A stretch of DNA of 64,000 nt from Paramoeba atlantica (Eukaryota; Protista; Discosea): positions 1 to 64,000 of the forward strand of contig CDRNVI010000059.1 in NCBI GenBank assembly GCA_977017575.1, written 5' to 3'. The notes beneath the pieces were generated by a model that had not been told where the DNA came from, did no database searches, and worked only from the letters and a program-made list of their open reading frames with translations. This document shows positions 1 through 10,398 of this stretch, piece by piece; positions within the stretch are counted from its first letter, which is position 1; each line of letters starts with the position of its first letter. The position numbers were made by a program, and so were the translations under genes.

Positions 1-17
1 GTACCGGGTTTGAAGTC

Positions 18-251
18 ATGCGGTGGCCCCCGCAGTCCCCTGACTTAAATCCAATCGAAAACGTTTGGGGGGAACTCAAGCGGCGCCTTGCAGCGCACGA
101 TGATCCACCAAGCGGGGTCCGAGAGTTGTGGGAGAGGGTAAAAATGGAATGGGCGAACATACCACCCTCAGTATGTCGTGCCCAGGTGGACAGTATGCCT
201 GCCCGTATGAAGGCAGTGCTGAAGGCTCGTGGGGGGAATACTAAATACTAA
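18..251 (+). mobile_element. Tc1/IS630-family transposase C-terminus (5' part lies outside the window)
   Basis: WPPQSPDLNPIENVW motif and typical GGNTKY C-terminus. Confidence 0.9.
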
Positions 252-533
252 TTTTAGGGGCATAATCTCTCTTGGGCGATTACGTTTCATCTATTTTTTG
301 GGACAAGATTTTCTCTATAATAGGTAGCAAAAAAACCTTTCGAATGCTAAACTTTTTTATATTCATTCTTATTTCTTTGGTAGAACGAACTGAGATGAAC
401 TATCTACGGGTACTATTAGGTGACACTCATGCCTACACTACTAGCACACATTACCAGCGCAACGGTGATATTTAATCAATAGCTCTATACAAAAGAAAAA
501 AAAACCGAAACATTCGAACGGTTTTTTTGCTGA

Positions 534-1872
534 CTGTATGCCGATGATATTGTGTTCTTTTCACCTGAAAGAAAGACGCTCCAAGAAATGTTAGTAGCCT
601 TAACGAGAGTTGCAGAACGAGCTGGGCTTAAACTTAACATAGGTCCGTCAAAAACAGCTTGGATGGTAATCGGAGGACGATTGAACGTATGGACAAATGA
701 TACGATTACTCTAGGAAATTACGGCATTGTACCTAGGGCTGACTCATATCGATATCTAGGCCACATGAAACACTCGCATAAGAATCGAGCCACTTTACAA
801 GACCGTATACAATTAGCTTGGAGAGCATTTCATCGCTTAAAGCCGCTCTGGAGGGAACATTTAAGTGTAACGCTCCGCCTGAGAATATTTAATGCTCTTG
901 TAACATCAGTTTTGTCGTACGGTTTAGCCTCTTTGGTTCCGACAGGTGTAGAATTAAAGATACTTGACACAGAAGTCAATAAGATGCGCAGAATAGCGAC
1001 AGGGACGCCGTTGTGGGATGGTTATAGCAAATACCAACATGTGCGCTGTATAGGGGAGAACCGAAAGTTTCAACGCTCCTGAGAGTCAACCGCGCTAAAC
1101 TAGTTGGACACCTTTTGCGGCATGATTCCCCTATTGCGAATGTTGCATTATGGAACATAAGGGAAGAGGCACGCATACGCTCATTGACTGAAGCTTGTGC
1201 CCAGGATCTAGCAATAGATCCAATAGAAATGCACGAACGGGCACTTGATCGATGTTCTTGGCGTAATCTTATTCAGAATTTGTACCAACGACTAGAACCT
1301 ATCGCCTATTATAATCCTTTTGATTCAACTAAAAGAATAGCAGAAGTTGCAAAGATTTTGCAATCGAATCAAAACTCTCTGGAAAAATGGCACGCATTGC
1401 AGTTTCAAGAGGAGGGTGAGACACTTTGGCCCCATAACAACTTGCTTCATATATATTGTGATGGTTCAGTGAGAAAGCTTTCGAACAATATATTCGCAGG
1501 GGCATGTGCTGTAGCCTTCGAAGGAAACGAGATTCTAGCGACTAACGACAAAACATTGGACTCTATTAACGCAACACCAATACGGGCAGAGCTTTCAGCT
1601 TTCTTATTGGCATTACCAACTTGTCAAGAGAAGAACGTATCTCCGAGCATACATGGAATTTCTGGCACAATTACCGTCGCGCATATCAACTGGGTCATTA
1701 TGATGGACTTGAGAATGCCGATTTGTTGATTCAAATAAACAGTCTAGCACAGGAAATAAACAAGAAACATGAAATTCTAGTTGTCAAAGTCAGAGCACAT
1801 TGTGGTAATTCAAGGAATGAACATGTGGACCAAATTGCAAAGGAAACCAAAGTGCAACATCTGAGTCTATAA
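534..1872 (+). mobile_element. Degenerate non-LTR retrotransposon (RTE-like RT C-terminal half plus RNase H), frameshifted
   Basis: LYADDIVF at 534, GLKLN..KT, YRYLG, RIQLAWRAF thumb region, then RNase H motifs IYCDGS, RAELSA, VKVRAHCGNSRNEHVDQIAK spread over three frames. Confidence 0.85.
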
Positions 1873-2104
1873 GCGTCGCGGAGCCCTATATGAATATATG
1901 GAGTATCATTCTGGCACAGCAGCACAAAACATCGATGGCTCCGTCAATTTCGTCTGAACGGCAGCATCCAACAAACATATCGCCTGTGAATATTGCGTGT
2001 AAACATCCGTGTAAAGATAAAAGAAGGTGTGGTCATAAGTGTTGCAAGCGACATTTGTGAATAGCATTGAAAGGTTATTAATTTAGTGACATAATCGAGG
2101 ACTC

Positions 2105-2450
2105 TTTTTTTTTTTTTTTTTTTTTTTTATATCATGTAGTATGACTGCAGAGATTGTCACCTAAGAAAAATACACGCAGATCATGTATAAACCCCGCACA
2201 AAACGGGTTTCCCTTAAGCTTTTCATCATCGCTATATGCTGGCTTCCGTCCAGCTCGGGTTATCGCGGTTTTGAAAAATCGCGAAACTTCCTCGTATTGC
2301 TCTTTTGACAAGCTTCTGTCGACATTGCGAGGCGGTGGCCTTGTTACCTCCGAAAAGTGAGTTGAGCGCTCGCGTAGAGGAGTTGAGCTTCCCTCTGGCC
2401 CCCACTTCGATGACAAGAAGAAAGGTTGCCGGGTTAGTCATTTTCCTTTC
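2105..2450 (-). mobile_element. 3' end of an RLE-type non-LTR retroelement with poly(A) tail
   Basis: Minus-strand TFLLVIEVGARGK...RAIRGSFAIFQ (RLE C-terminus, homologous to 41278-41523), short 3' UTR, then 24-nt T run at 2105-2128 (poly(A) on minus). Confidence 0.65.
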
Positions 2451-2482
2451 GAGACCACTTATAACACAGTGGTGTATTATTA

Positions 2483-3625
2483 TTATATTATCATATCTGA
2501 GGTGGGGCGGATTGTCTTCCGGTGCAAGCGGGACCACACCAACTTTAGGTTCCAAAGAGCGTCCTGCATGGCAGGTTCCCAATGTACGCCTAATCTCTCT
2601 ATGCTAGGCCTCTTAATACCGAACCCAAGTGGAACCTTGGACGTCAGAGTGTCCTGGTGCTCCGCTGTGTGCCGAGCGCCAAGGCAGTAGTTTCCGTCAC
2701 CCCGGAATACCGGAGCAACGTTGCCATCTGTTTGTGCTTTGATAGCTGCATTACATCCTCCATAGTGAGGTTGTTGTGTGCCACTTCTTCCATCATGGCA
2801 CGCACTGCCCCATGTTTGAGGCTGTGGGATGAGTATCCCTTGCCCAAATGGTCCCGCAGAAAATTGGTCACTCCCTCCGTAGTAACTCGACTGAAACGTT
2901 GGGTTAATTGGTGATTCTTCAAGAGTTTGTAAATTTCTTCCGTAAATTCGCCCTCGATCACCGTGAAAGAGTCCGGCCGAAACGGCTGCGCTCGGGTAGT
3001 CTTCGTATGTTGGCCCCAATGGATAACAACCCGGTCCCGCCGAAGGGTAATAACATCTCTGCGCCGCATTTTTGAAACTTCGCCCGCTCTGGAAGCCGTT
3101 TTGTAAGCGACGAGCACTACCAGCATATCGTTTGGCATTAGGGGAATTAACAGCCGGATCTGATCTTTGGAAATTGGGAGTGCTTGTCGGGTCGGTATCG
3201 CTGCCCCGGTCCTGGCGAAAGTTTTGGCTAGAAGTTCCGCATGTGTTGTAGGCTTTTGAGCCTTTGCAAGTACGGAAATTAAGTGTTTCAGGTAAGTGTG
3301 CTTGGTTTGAACGGTGATCCTTAGTCCGGAAATGAATGCGACGACGTTGTCGTCGTCGAACGAAAGATGAGCGGCTCGCATTTGTCGGAGTAATCGTACG
3401 CGGGTCATCCACGTAGTTCGGGCCCATAAATTTAGAAGATGTTTTTGCATTTCTGTTCTTGTGATTCCCATCTCCGCGAGGACATATCGCACGTCTCTCA
3501 AAAACGCGCATGTTGGTTGTGTGACGGGGGAGTCCCTCAAAACGGTTTGCGGGGTCCGTTTTGGGTGCGAAACAGGGCTGTATGTTTCCTCCGACTGCAG
3601 ATGTGTTGACTTTTTTATATTCCAT
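2483..3625 (-). CDS. 380-codon ORF overlapping the recombinase in another frame; possibly the truncated N-terminus of the element's RT ORF
   Basis: ORF track; DIRS-type elements often overlap ORFs; no recognisable motif. Confidence 0.3.
   Translation of the reverse strand: MEYKKVNTSAVGGNIQPCFAPKTDPANRFEGLPRHTTNMRVFERRAICPRGDGNHKNRNAKTSSKFMGPNYVDDPRTITPTNASRSSFVRRRQRRRIHFRTKDHRSNQAHLPETLNFRTCKGSKAYNTCGTSSQNFRQDRGSDTDPTSTPNFQRSDPAVNSPNAKRYAGSARRLQNGFQSGRSFKNAAQRCYYPSAGPGCYPLGPTYEDYPSAAVSAGLFHGDRGRIYGRNLQTLEESPINPTFQSSYYGGSDQFSAGPFGQGILIPQPQTWGSACHDGRSGTQQPHYGGCNAAIKAQTDGNVAPVFRGDGNYCLGARHTAEHQDTLTSKVPLGFGIKRPSIERLGVHWEPAMQDALWNLKLVWSRLHRKTIRPTSDMII
2644..3540 (-). mobile_element. Tyrosine recombinase of a DIRS-like (TATE/VIPER-type) retrotransposon
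   Basis: Open 298-codon frame with ASRAGEV (R), TKT (K), HSLKHGA, SKHK (H) and LLRY (Y). Confidence 0.85.
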
Positions 3626-4290
3626 TACTTTATGCGGTTTGTGTGCTCTAGTATTGGAGGCACAAAAACTCTGAATTAGGAGGTGATAGAGATGGAAATG
3701 TTTGATGTGAAAGTGCTAAGTTTTTTAGCCGACTTTGTCGGTATTTTGGATGGATTGGATGTGTTGACTTGCCTTGCCTTTGACTTGACTTGACTTGATC
3801 CAGCGTTATACGCTTTAAACTTGCTTTTATTATCCGCTGTACATTCTCTTGCTTCTTGCTTTGACTTAAAAAATTCTCACTGCTCTTTTTGCTCCCTAAA
3901 TTTTCTGTAAACTTGAGAAAGTAATTTCGATTCCGTCTACTGAGCACTCTAGCATACGAAACAAGGAGGAAGTATTATTACAATCAAATGGTTTCAAGAA
4001 AATAAAAGCAAAAAATACTTAACTCACAGTACATTATAGTCAACATTATTTATATTTCATACAGGTTACTGATCATGATGCGGTAGCGAAATCACTTTAA
4101 TTTTATTCTTTGTATAGACTGGCTTTTTGCCCGAGGGCGGACTTCTCCGAGTCACTTCCCGCCAGACCCCCGCAGCGCGAAATCCGATCGCGGTACCTTG
4201 GAATTCTGCTCCTGTGTCCCTCGACCGTAATATGCTCATCGTCCTCGGTGACCGCCAGCCCTGCCGCCAGTCTTGTTGTAATTTATGCTG

Positions 4291-4850
4291 CTAACGAGCA
4301 TGTTCCCCAACTGATCCGTTGGGTCCTCGATGCTTCAGAAGAAGCTGGATGAGTGGTGGTCGTGCTGGTGTTGGGGTCCTGATTGTCGCGTGAACTATTT
4401 TTTGGGAAATCTTTTGGAGGAATCTTTTTGGGGAGTGAAGAACACGGGTGCGAATTCGTCGTCGATGGTGCGTGTTCTGATGTGACTCGGTTCGCTTCTT
4501 TGGGATTCGGCGGTGATGATGCGTGTTCTGATCGAGATATGATTCGATTCGATTCGATTCTTGTATAGAAATCGGGGGCGGTGTCGTAGCGCTTTTGAAG
4601 CTAGAGAGTAGCTGGATCCCAGCGCGTGCGTCAGATTGCGTTGCATTATTTGCGAAGTAGATTTTCCTACGTCGAACGAGGTCTTTGGTCGATGCTACCA
4701 ACGGATTTGTCTGTTGATGGGGCGGTGATGGGGCTTGAGCCGATTCTTGTGCGGGATTTGGCGGCAGTGATACGCGTTCTGGCCGCGATGTTGTGACTTG
4801 ATTGGATTCTTGCGTGGGATTTTGCGGCGGTGCGTGTTCTGGCCGCGGTG
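4291..4850 (-). mobile_element. Repeat-containing ORF remnant upstream of the recombinase (gag-like ORF inferred)
   Basis: About 2 copies of a 60-bp unit encoding TPRPEHAPPQNPAQESDQVT, shared with 9270-9485. Confidence 0.4.
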
Positions 4851-5480
4851 TTTTTTTTTTTTTTTTTGGTACATGGAGAAAATCTTTGCCACAACCGCCT
4901 CGACCGCCACCCGGTGTCCAACCGGCAGGCCTTTCTTGGTCGAGTGAGCTGGCCACCTTCCAGTGGCAAGATGAATGGGTGTTTCCACCCACGCACCTCA
5001 GGGGAGACACCTCATTACAGGGTAGTGCGAGACTTGCATACCAGAGTTTTGTTGAATCTCGGATTGCGTCAGAGACTCTGGTAGCTCACTCGCTAAAAAC
5101 TCCACTGCTCCGGATTGTTAGTCCAGGAGCGCTCCTAGCGTGGAGAAACGAAGGACCTAGCCTAGAAAAAAGGATCTAGTCCCTTCGCCTCTCCGGGAGA
5201 TGGGGAGGGATAAAACCTCAGCTAGCACCAATGCCGTTCCACCTCCACCGAGGGGGTAGGGTTAGCGCGCTCGCTAACAACACACATGCCTCGGCAACGG
5301 GATGCTACCCCGTCTACGCCCCGGAACGCGGTTAACGACGCCGCGAACAAGGGTTGAACAGGAATAGGAACGGACACATTCCCTCCTGCCAGCTCGGAAA
5401 CCCTTACGTCGGAAGGCTGGGGTCGCCACGCCCCATCACCGGCAACGTTCCAATGCCGGGCTCCTGACCTCATCTTCCCC
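4851..5480 (-). other. Structured noncoding segment ending in a genomic poly(A); probable retroposed RNA or LINE 3' UTR
   Basis: 17-nt T run at 4851-4867 interrupts the 60-bp repeat; stems TACCAGAGT/ACTCTGGTA, CTCCAC/GTGGAG, CGAAGG/CCTTCG, GTTAGCG/CGCTAAC. Confidence 0.45.
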
Positions 5481-5548
5481 TTCTGACGCACCCAAAAGGA
5501 TATGCCGTGGCAATGACGATCCAGTTAGGATAAACAAAAAGGGGTGTA

Positions 5549-5860
5549 TTGCCGCTTGCACGTGTTCTGGGCGTCCAGCAAAGCCCTGTTAGTGCTGTAG
5601 AAAGAAAACATCGGAAATACGTTGTAGAGAAAGGATTAGAACCAGAGTATTTTCGTTGCATCGCTTTAACGGATTGTGGAATGTTACATGAAGATGCCAA
5701 GGTCTTGATCAAAGCCCTTGCAAAACGAGCGGATTCTGACCCAAAAGTTATACTTGAAGCTTTTCAATTGGAAAATGAAAAGTTTGCGGCTTACACTATC
5801 GTATCGCAATTGCGGAACCACATACAGGGAGAAAAATGGCTAGGTGGCATAAGCCTTTGA
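5549..5860 (+). mobile_element. RLE endonuclease C-terminus, SLACS/CRE-like fragment
   Basis: RKHRKY...FRCIALTDCGMLH...IVSQLRN, parallel to 6531-7049; a related scrap KKFKKYVVEKG lies near 9100-9135. Confidence 0.65.
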
Positions 5861-6363
5861 AGCCAAATAATCTTCTAGTCTCCAAAGTCAAGTCTATCTC
5901 GTATTATTCAACATGGGCACAGATACAGGACCCAACAACAACATGGGCACAGATACAGGACACTAAACTCTGAGGGCTATTAAAAGGACAAAATTCCTTT
6001 TTGTTTAAGAAAGAAAGGTATTTTCTTTAGAAATAGATTTTTATATGAGGAAAATCCATATAAAAAGTGGGTAGGCTTCCGGTGGGCCTAGGAGGGTGCA
6101 CACCAAAAAAAAATTATATCTACGTATAAATATACATCATCATCATACGATAATGAGAACTTGTGAAAGTAATTGAAGCATTTATATGTAGAATAAGAAG
6201 TATGCATGCTGATCGAATTATTTATGATTAATTATGCAGTGTGATTTCAAAAGACCTTTCCATTCACGCTCTTCCTCAAAAACCCCCTTTTTGTTTAATA
6301 CCCCCTTTATATACCCGTGTGGGATGCTAATCCCCACGTGGGACGTACGAAACCATGTAGTCC

Positions 6364-6530
6364 TTAAATAAAAAACCAAGCATCAAATAGCTCCTCATCA
6401 AACGATTCTTGCTTCTCTTTCTTTGCACCAGCCGTCGGGGAGTAAACATTAAATATACACGCCTTCATCTTTCCAATATGCATTGCTCCTTTCATAATGC
6501 GATCATTGATCTTTTCAACACCTTTCAAGC
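6364..6530 (-). mobile_element. Apurinic endonuclease (APE) fragment of a non-LTR element
   Basis: CIFNVYSPTAGAKKEKQESFDEEL matches the APE I.VYAPT...F..EL motif. Confidence 0.55.
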
Positions 6531-7049
6531 TTGAAAGCTGGCATTCCTTGTGAGAAGGAACCGCGCCTATATTCAACGTATCGGTGCACGCAATGCAATG
6601 AAGTAGTCGGGCCAGAATACAGGCAGACACATAGTAAAGTGTGCGGAGGGAAATCTTTTCGGCGCTCTGGACCAGATCTCGTAATTTACTGGAATGATGG
6701 AGAAATATATTACGATTTCACCGTGGTACATGAATTAGCGCCTTCAAATTTGGGAACGAAATGCAATAAGCTATTCCGGGACGCCATCAAACGAAAACAC
6801 GATACTTATGTCGCAACAAATAAAATCGCGAAAGAAAAATTCAGATGTATTCCCATCCTCTATGGTGGATCCCTCCATTTCAATACGAAGTCGCTGTTAA
6901 TGGCCCTCGCAGATGCGGGCAGCGTACCTCGACAGCAGCTTCAGCTTGAGCTACAACTTTTGCTACAGGAGCAAAATGGTGCCATACTATATTCACAACT
7001 TCGGAATTACCTTGAGAAGGACAAGGGGGCACTCCAGTTCGCTATATAA
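6531..7049 (+). mobile_element. Zinc knuckle plus RLE endonuclease, C-terminus of a SLACS/CZAR/CRE-like retrotransposon
   Basis: CTQC...HSKVC, GPDLVI...YDFTVVH (PD..D), KRKHDTY, FRCIPILYGG. Confidence 0.8.
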
Positions 7050-7174
7050 AGAGTTTCTAAAGAGGGGAAGAGCTTCTAAAGCCTGCAGTCAGGATAGATT
7101 TTTCAGAACTTGAGATAGTAATTGGCGCATTTACATAACATATATACATGTATATATATACATGTATATATATA

Positions 7175-8106
7175 AACCCCCGCTCACGAAAAGTGACCCC
7201 CCTCTTTTTTTTTGTACAAATGTCCGTTTGAGCTGATTTTTGTTGCATTTTGCAGATCTCAACACAAGGACTTTGCGCGTGAAGAAATGAGACAAAAAGA
7301 AACGAATACGCACAATTTAGAGAAGAATTACCATTTTGTCACTTTTTCGCCCTTCAATCTTATACACTCCTTAAGTCCAGAATCAAAACTTAATACTGTT
7401 TTGTCGATCACTTTTTGAGTTAAAGAAGATCATGCTTTACGTACACATCGGATAAGTGAAGGTTTGTCCGATGGCGTTTGTTCGTCTACCGCCTCTTGGA
7501 CCATAGACCAGACGTTTTCTATGGGGGAAAGGTCGGGCGAGTTGGGGGGCCAGTTTCTTAGAACATCACTCATTCGATTCTCAATATACTCTTTGGAGGC
7601 ACGGGCAGTATGTGCCGTTGCTCTATCCTGTTGAAATACACTATTAGGGGGAAATCTACCTGTTTTAATGTTTCTATGTACGTCTCACTTGTAATAGATG
7701 TGTCATTGTAGATGTCTCACTTGTAATAGATGGTCACAGGACTCAAAGTGTATTCCTCACTAGATTTTTTTTCGTTCTGATATTTTTTGATTATCCTTCT
7801 AGAGACGTTAAAATCACGGGATAATTGTTTAATCGGAACACCTTCTGCCTGTCTCATCTTCAAAAGAACCTTACCACAATCCGTAAGCCCCCTTTTGGGA
7901 GCCGATATGGTGATTTTGTCATTTTTGGAAAAAAAAGTTGAAAAACCAATTATGTTTTTGTGACTAAATTTTAAAATTTTAAAATCAGCTAAAAACAGCG
8001 GGAACGTATAGATCTCGAAATTTTGAACGAAACAGTGGTATGATAACCCACCCACGCCCCTCTGTGCTAAAAATAAGGGGGGGTCACTTATTCGTGAGCG
8101 GAGGTT
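7175..8106 (-). mobile_element. Internally deleted Tc1/IS630-like DNA transposon (DD35E remnant)
   Basis: About 36-bp TIRs AACC(C/T)CCGCTCACGAA..AGTGACCCCCC with TA flanks; HTH-like piece near 7770-7900; FQQDRATAH...WPPNSPDLSPIENVW at about 7500-7640. Confidence 0.85.
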
Positions 8107-8126
8107 TATATATATATATATATATA

Positions 8127-9061
8127 AACCCCCCACAGCGAAAAGTCACCCTCTAACTTTTCCCCCTCTAACTTTTCAGCCAAGTGTCCGTTTGAGCTCA
8201 TTTTTGTTGCATTTTGCTGTTCCCAACACAAAGACTATGCGCGTTATAGCATGAAACCAAGGCTCTCAAATGCGTGCATCCGATAGATGGATTATCACTT
8301 TCTTCACATTTTTCAAGAGGCCAATTTCTCACACTTTAACAAATTATATCTTCTCCTCCCATGAGAATTCTAATTATTTCTGTCCGTTTTTGCTGATTTT
8401 TGTTGCAAACGAGAGATCTCGTTCTCCTAGCAAAGATCTTTGCCGCTATTTTTTAATATTGACCCACTTGTGCCCCCTGGCCGCGGAGTGTTTGTTTTCC
8501 TAAATTATTGTGGTATGACGATGCAAAAAAATCAAACCTAAAAACAATTTTCTTCTTCAGTTTCTAAAATGATCTAAAAATGGTGGGAACGTGTAGATCT
8601 CAGAATTTTGAACGAGAAAATGATATCTTGACCCCCTTAGGCCCCTTCAAGCAAAAAGTAAAGGGGACAGCTTAAAAAAGTTGATTTATCACCGTTTCAA
8701 GAAAGAACCAATCAAAGAGAAATATTCCACCACGTGACAAATTGAATGTTTGTTATCTGTTTTTGATCATTTTTGTTGCAATCGAGAGAACTCGTTCCCC
8801 TAGCGAAGATCTGTGACACCATTTTCATGTTGACCCCCTTCCCCCCCTGGTCGAGGAACATGAGATTTTTTGGGTAATATTGGCATGACTATGTAAAAAC
8901 GTCATTAAAAAAATGAGTTTTAATTTGTTATCTGTGAAGAGGTCTAAAAACAGCGGGAACGTGCAGATCTCAAAATTTTGAACGAAAAAGTGGTGCCGCA
9001 ACCCCCCTAAGCCTCGTTGTACAAAAAAAAGAGGGGGGTGACTTATTCGCTGCGGGGGGTT
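8127..9061. mobile_element. Noncoding MITE of the same TIR family, inserted in the adjoining (TA)n tract
   Basis: TIRs AACCCCCCACAGCGAA..AGTCACCC; inverted copy at 47466-48266. Confidence 0.85.
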
Positions 9062-9269
9062 TATATATATATTAAGACAGCACTGATGCAGCAAGTTATT
9101 GATAAGAAGTTCAAGAAATACGTCGTAGAAAAAGGACATAGGTACCACACCCGGGTACACACACCAATAGCATCGGAAAAACTATTGGGTCTGACTGCAT
9201 GCAATACCCATGGGTTGCAGACTCAGCATTGCCATTGGGTATTTAAACAAAAAGGGGGTATTTAAACAA

Positions 9270-9485
9270 AAAGGGGCCGCGGTGTTGTGACTTGATCGGA
9301 TTCTTGTGCTGGATTTGGCGGCGATGGTGCGTGTTCTGGCCGCGGTGTTGTGATCTGAACGGATTCTTGCGGGGGATTTTGCGGCGGTGATGCGTGTTCT
9401 GGCTGCGATGCTGTGACTTGATCGGATTCTTGTGCGGGATTTTGCGGCGGTGCGTGTTCTGGCCGCGGTGTTGTGACTTGATCGG
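9270..9485 (-). repeat. 60-bp tandem repeat (about 3.5 units), paralogous to 4740-4850
   Basis: Unit approximately GGATTTTGCGGCGGTGCGTGTTCTGGCCGCGGTGTTGTGACTTGATCGGATTCTTGTGC. Confidence 0.85.
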
Positions 9486-9624
9486 AACTCCGAGCGCAGC
9501 AGCCACGCTTCGCGTGAGCATCGGCATGGAAAATGTCTAAGAAAAATCTAAGGCAAATGCGCGCTTCGCAGCTGGATCTAGAGGACGACGCAGTGGTCGA
9601 ATTCATATACCAATTACGCGATAT

Positions 9625-9663
9625 AATTTAACGATAAAGATACAGTTTCTGTACCTTGTTGGT
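9625..9663 (+). ncRNA. Kinetoplastid spliced-leader (mini-exon) sequence without a recognisable SL intron
   Basis: AATTTAACGATAAAGATACAGTTTCTGTACCTTGTTG followed by GT; GATACAGTTTCTGTAC (9639-9654) matches the conserved SL core and ends in TTG|GT. Confidence 0.8.
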
Positions 9664-9692
9664 CTTTTTTTTTTCTTATTCTCTCACCCTTC

Positions 9693-10385
9693 ATGGGCAT
9701 GTTCACCCGGAGCCGGGCGAAAGACACGGGAGTAGCTCCCGTCGTGCAGCCGCTGCCACCGTCCCGCCGGAAAAAGAAACCACCCGAGGAGCGACTACCA
9801 GCGGCACCGCCGCCGCCATCGCCGCCGCCGCCTCCCGCACTTTCGCAGCCCTCGCACCCTCCACGGCCATCTCCTCCTCCCCTTCCGACTCCCCTTCCGC
9901 CGCCCCTTCCGCCGCCGCCGCCACCGCCGCCGCCACCGCCGCCGCCACCGCCGCCGCCACCGCCGCCGCCGCCACCGCCGCCACCGCCGCCACCGCCGCC
10001 ACCGCCGCCACCGCCGCCACCGCCGCCACCGCCGCCACCCCCGCCATCGCCTCCCGCACACTCGCGGCCCTCGCACCCTCCACGGCCATCTCCTCCTCCC
10101 CTTCCTACTCCTCTTCCGCCGCCTCTTCCGCCGCACCTTCCGCCGCCGTCACCTTCGAATCCTCCGCCTCCTCCACCGCCCCCGCAACTCTCCAACAGCA
10201 TAAAAATTAAAGGATCCAACCTTTCTCTCTTCAAACTTCTTCAAACGCCGCGGCAAGCTCGCCCTGGTCAGCAAAGATGCCGACTCAAACTCGAAGCAAA
10301 ACATCCCAACAACCCGTCTCCCAGAAGATTCGCTGTCTTCAGAGGTCTGCAGCAAAACTTCGATCGCGACCGAGAAAGTCAATGA
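9693..10385 (+). CDS. Poly-proline ORF directly downstream of the SL exon (retroelement ORF1 N-terminus inferred)
   Basis: ATG 31 nt after the SL exon; (CCG/CCA)n tract about 9895-10040 flanked by a duplicated PSHPPRPSPPPLPTPLPPPLPP block. Confidence 0.45.
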   Translation: MGMFTRSRAKDTGVAPVVQPLPPSRRKKKPPEERLPAAPPPPSPPPPPALSQPSHPPRPSPPPLPTPLPPPLPPPPPPPPPPPPPPPPPPPPPPPPPPPPPPPPPPPPPPPPPPPPPPSPPAHSRPSHPPRPSPPPLPTPLPPPLPPHLPPPSPSNPPPPPPPPQLSNSIKIKGSNLSLFKLLQTPRQARPGQQRCRLKLEAKHPNNPSPRRFAVFRGLQQNFDRDRESQ

Positions 10386-10398
10386 CGTTGAAGCCCCA

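Noticed and set aside
5060-5185. TCAGAGACT and AAGGATCTAGTCC as group I intron R and S elements
   Set aside because: No room for the P4-P6 domain, and both motifs are consumed by local hairpins.
5255-5270. CTAACCCTA on the minus strand as a telomerase RNA template or TATE target
   Set aside because: Only 9 nt, and CTAAC is tied up in the GTTAGCG/CGCTAAC hairpin; no C/D box or telomeric array nearby.
9614-10234. Poly-Gly, poly-Ala and poly-Arg ORFs in alternative frames
   Set aside because: By-products of the (CCG/CCA)n tract; only the frame starting after the SL exon is plausible.
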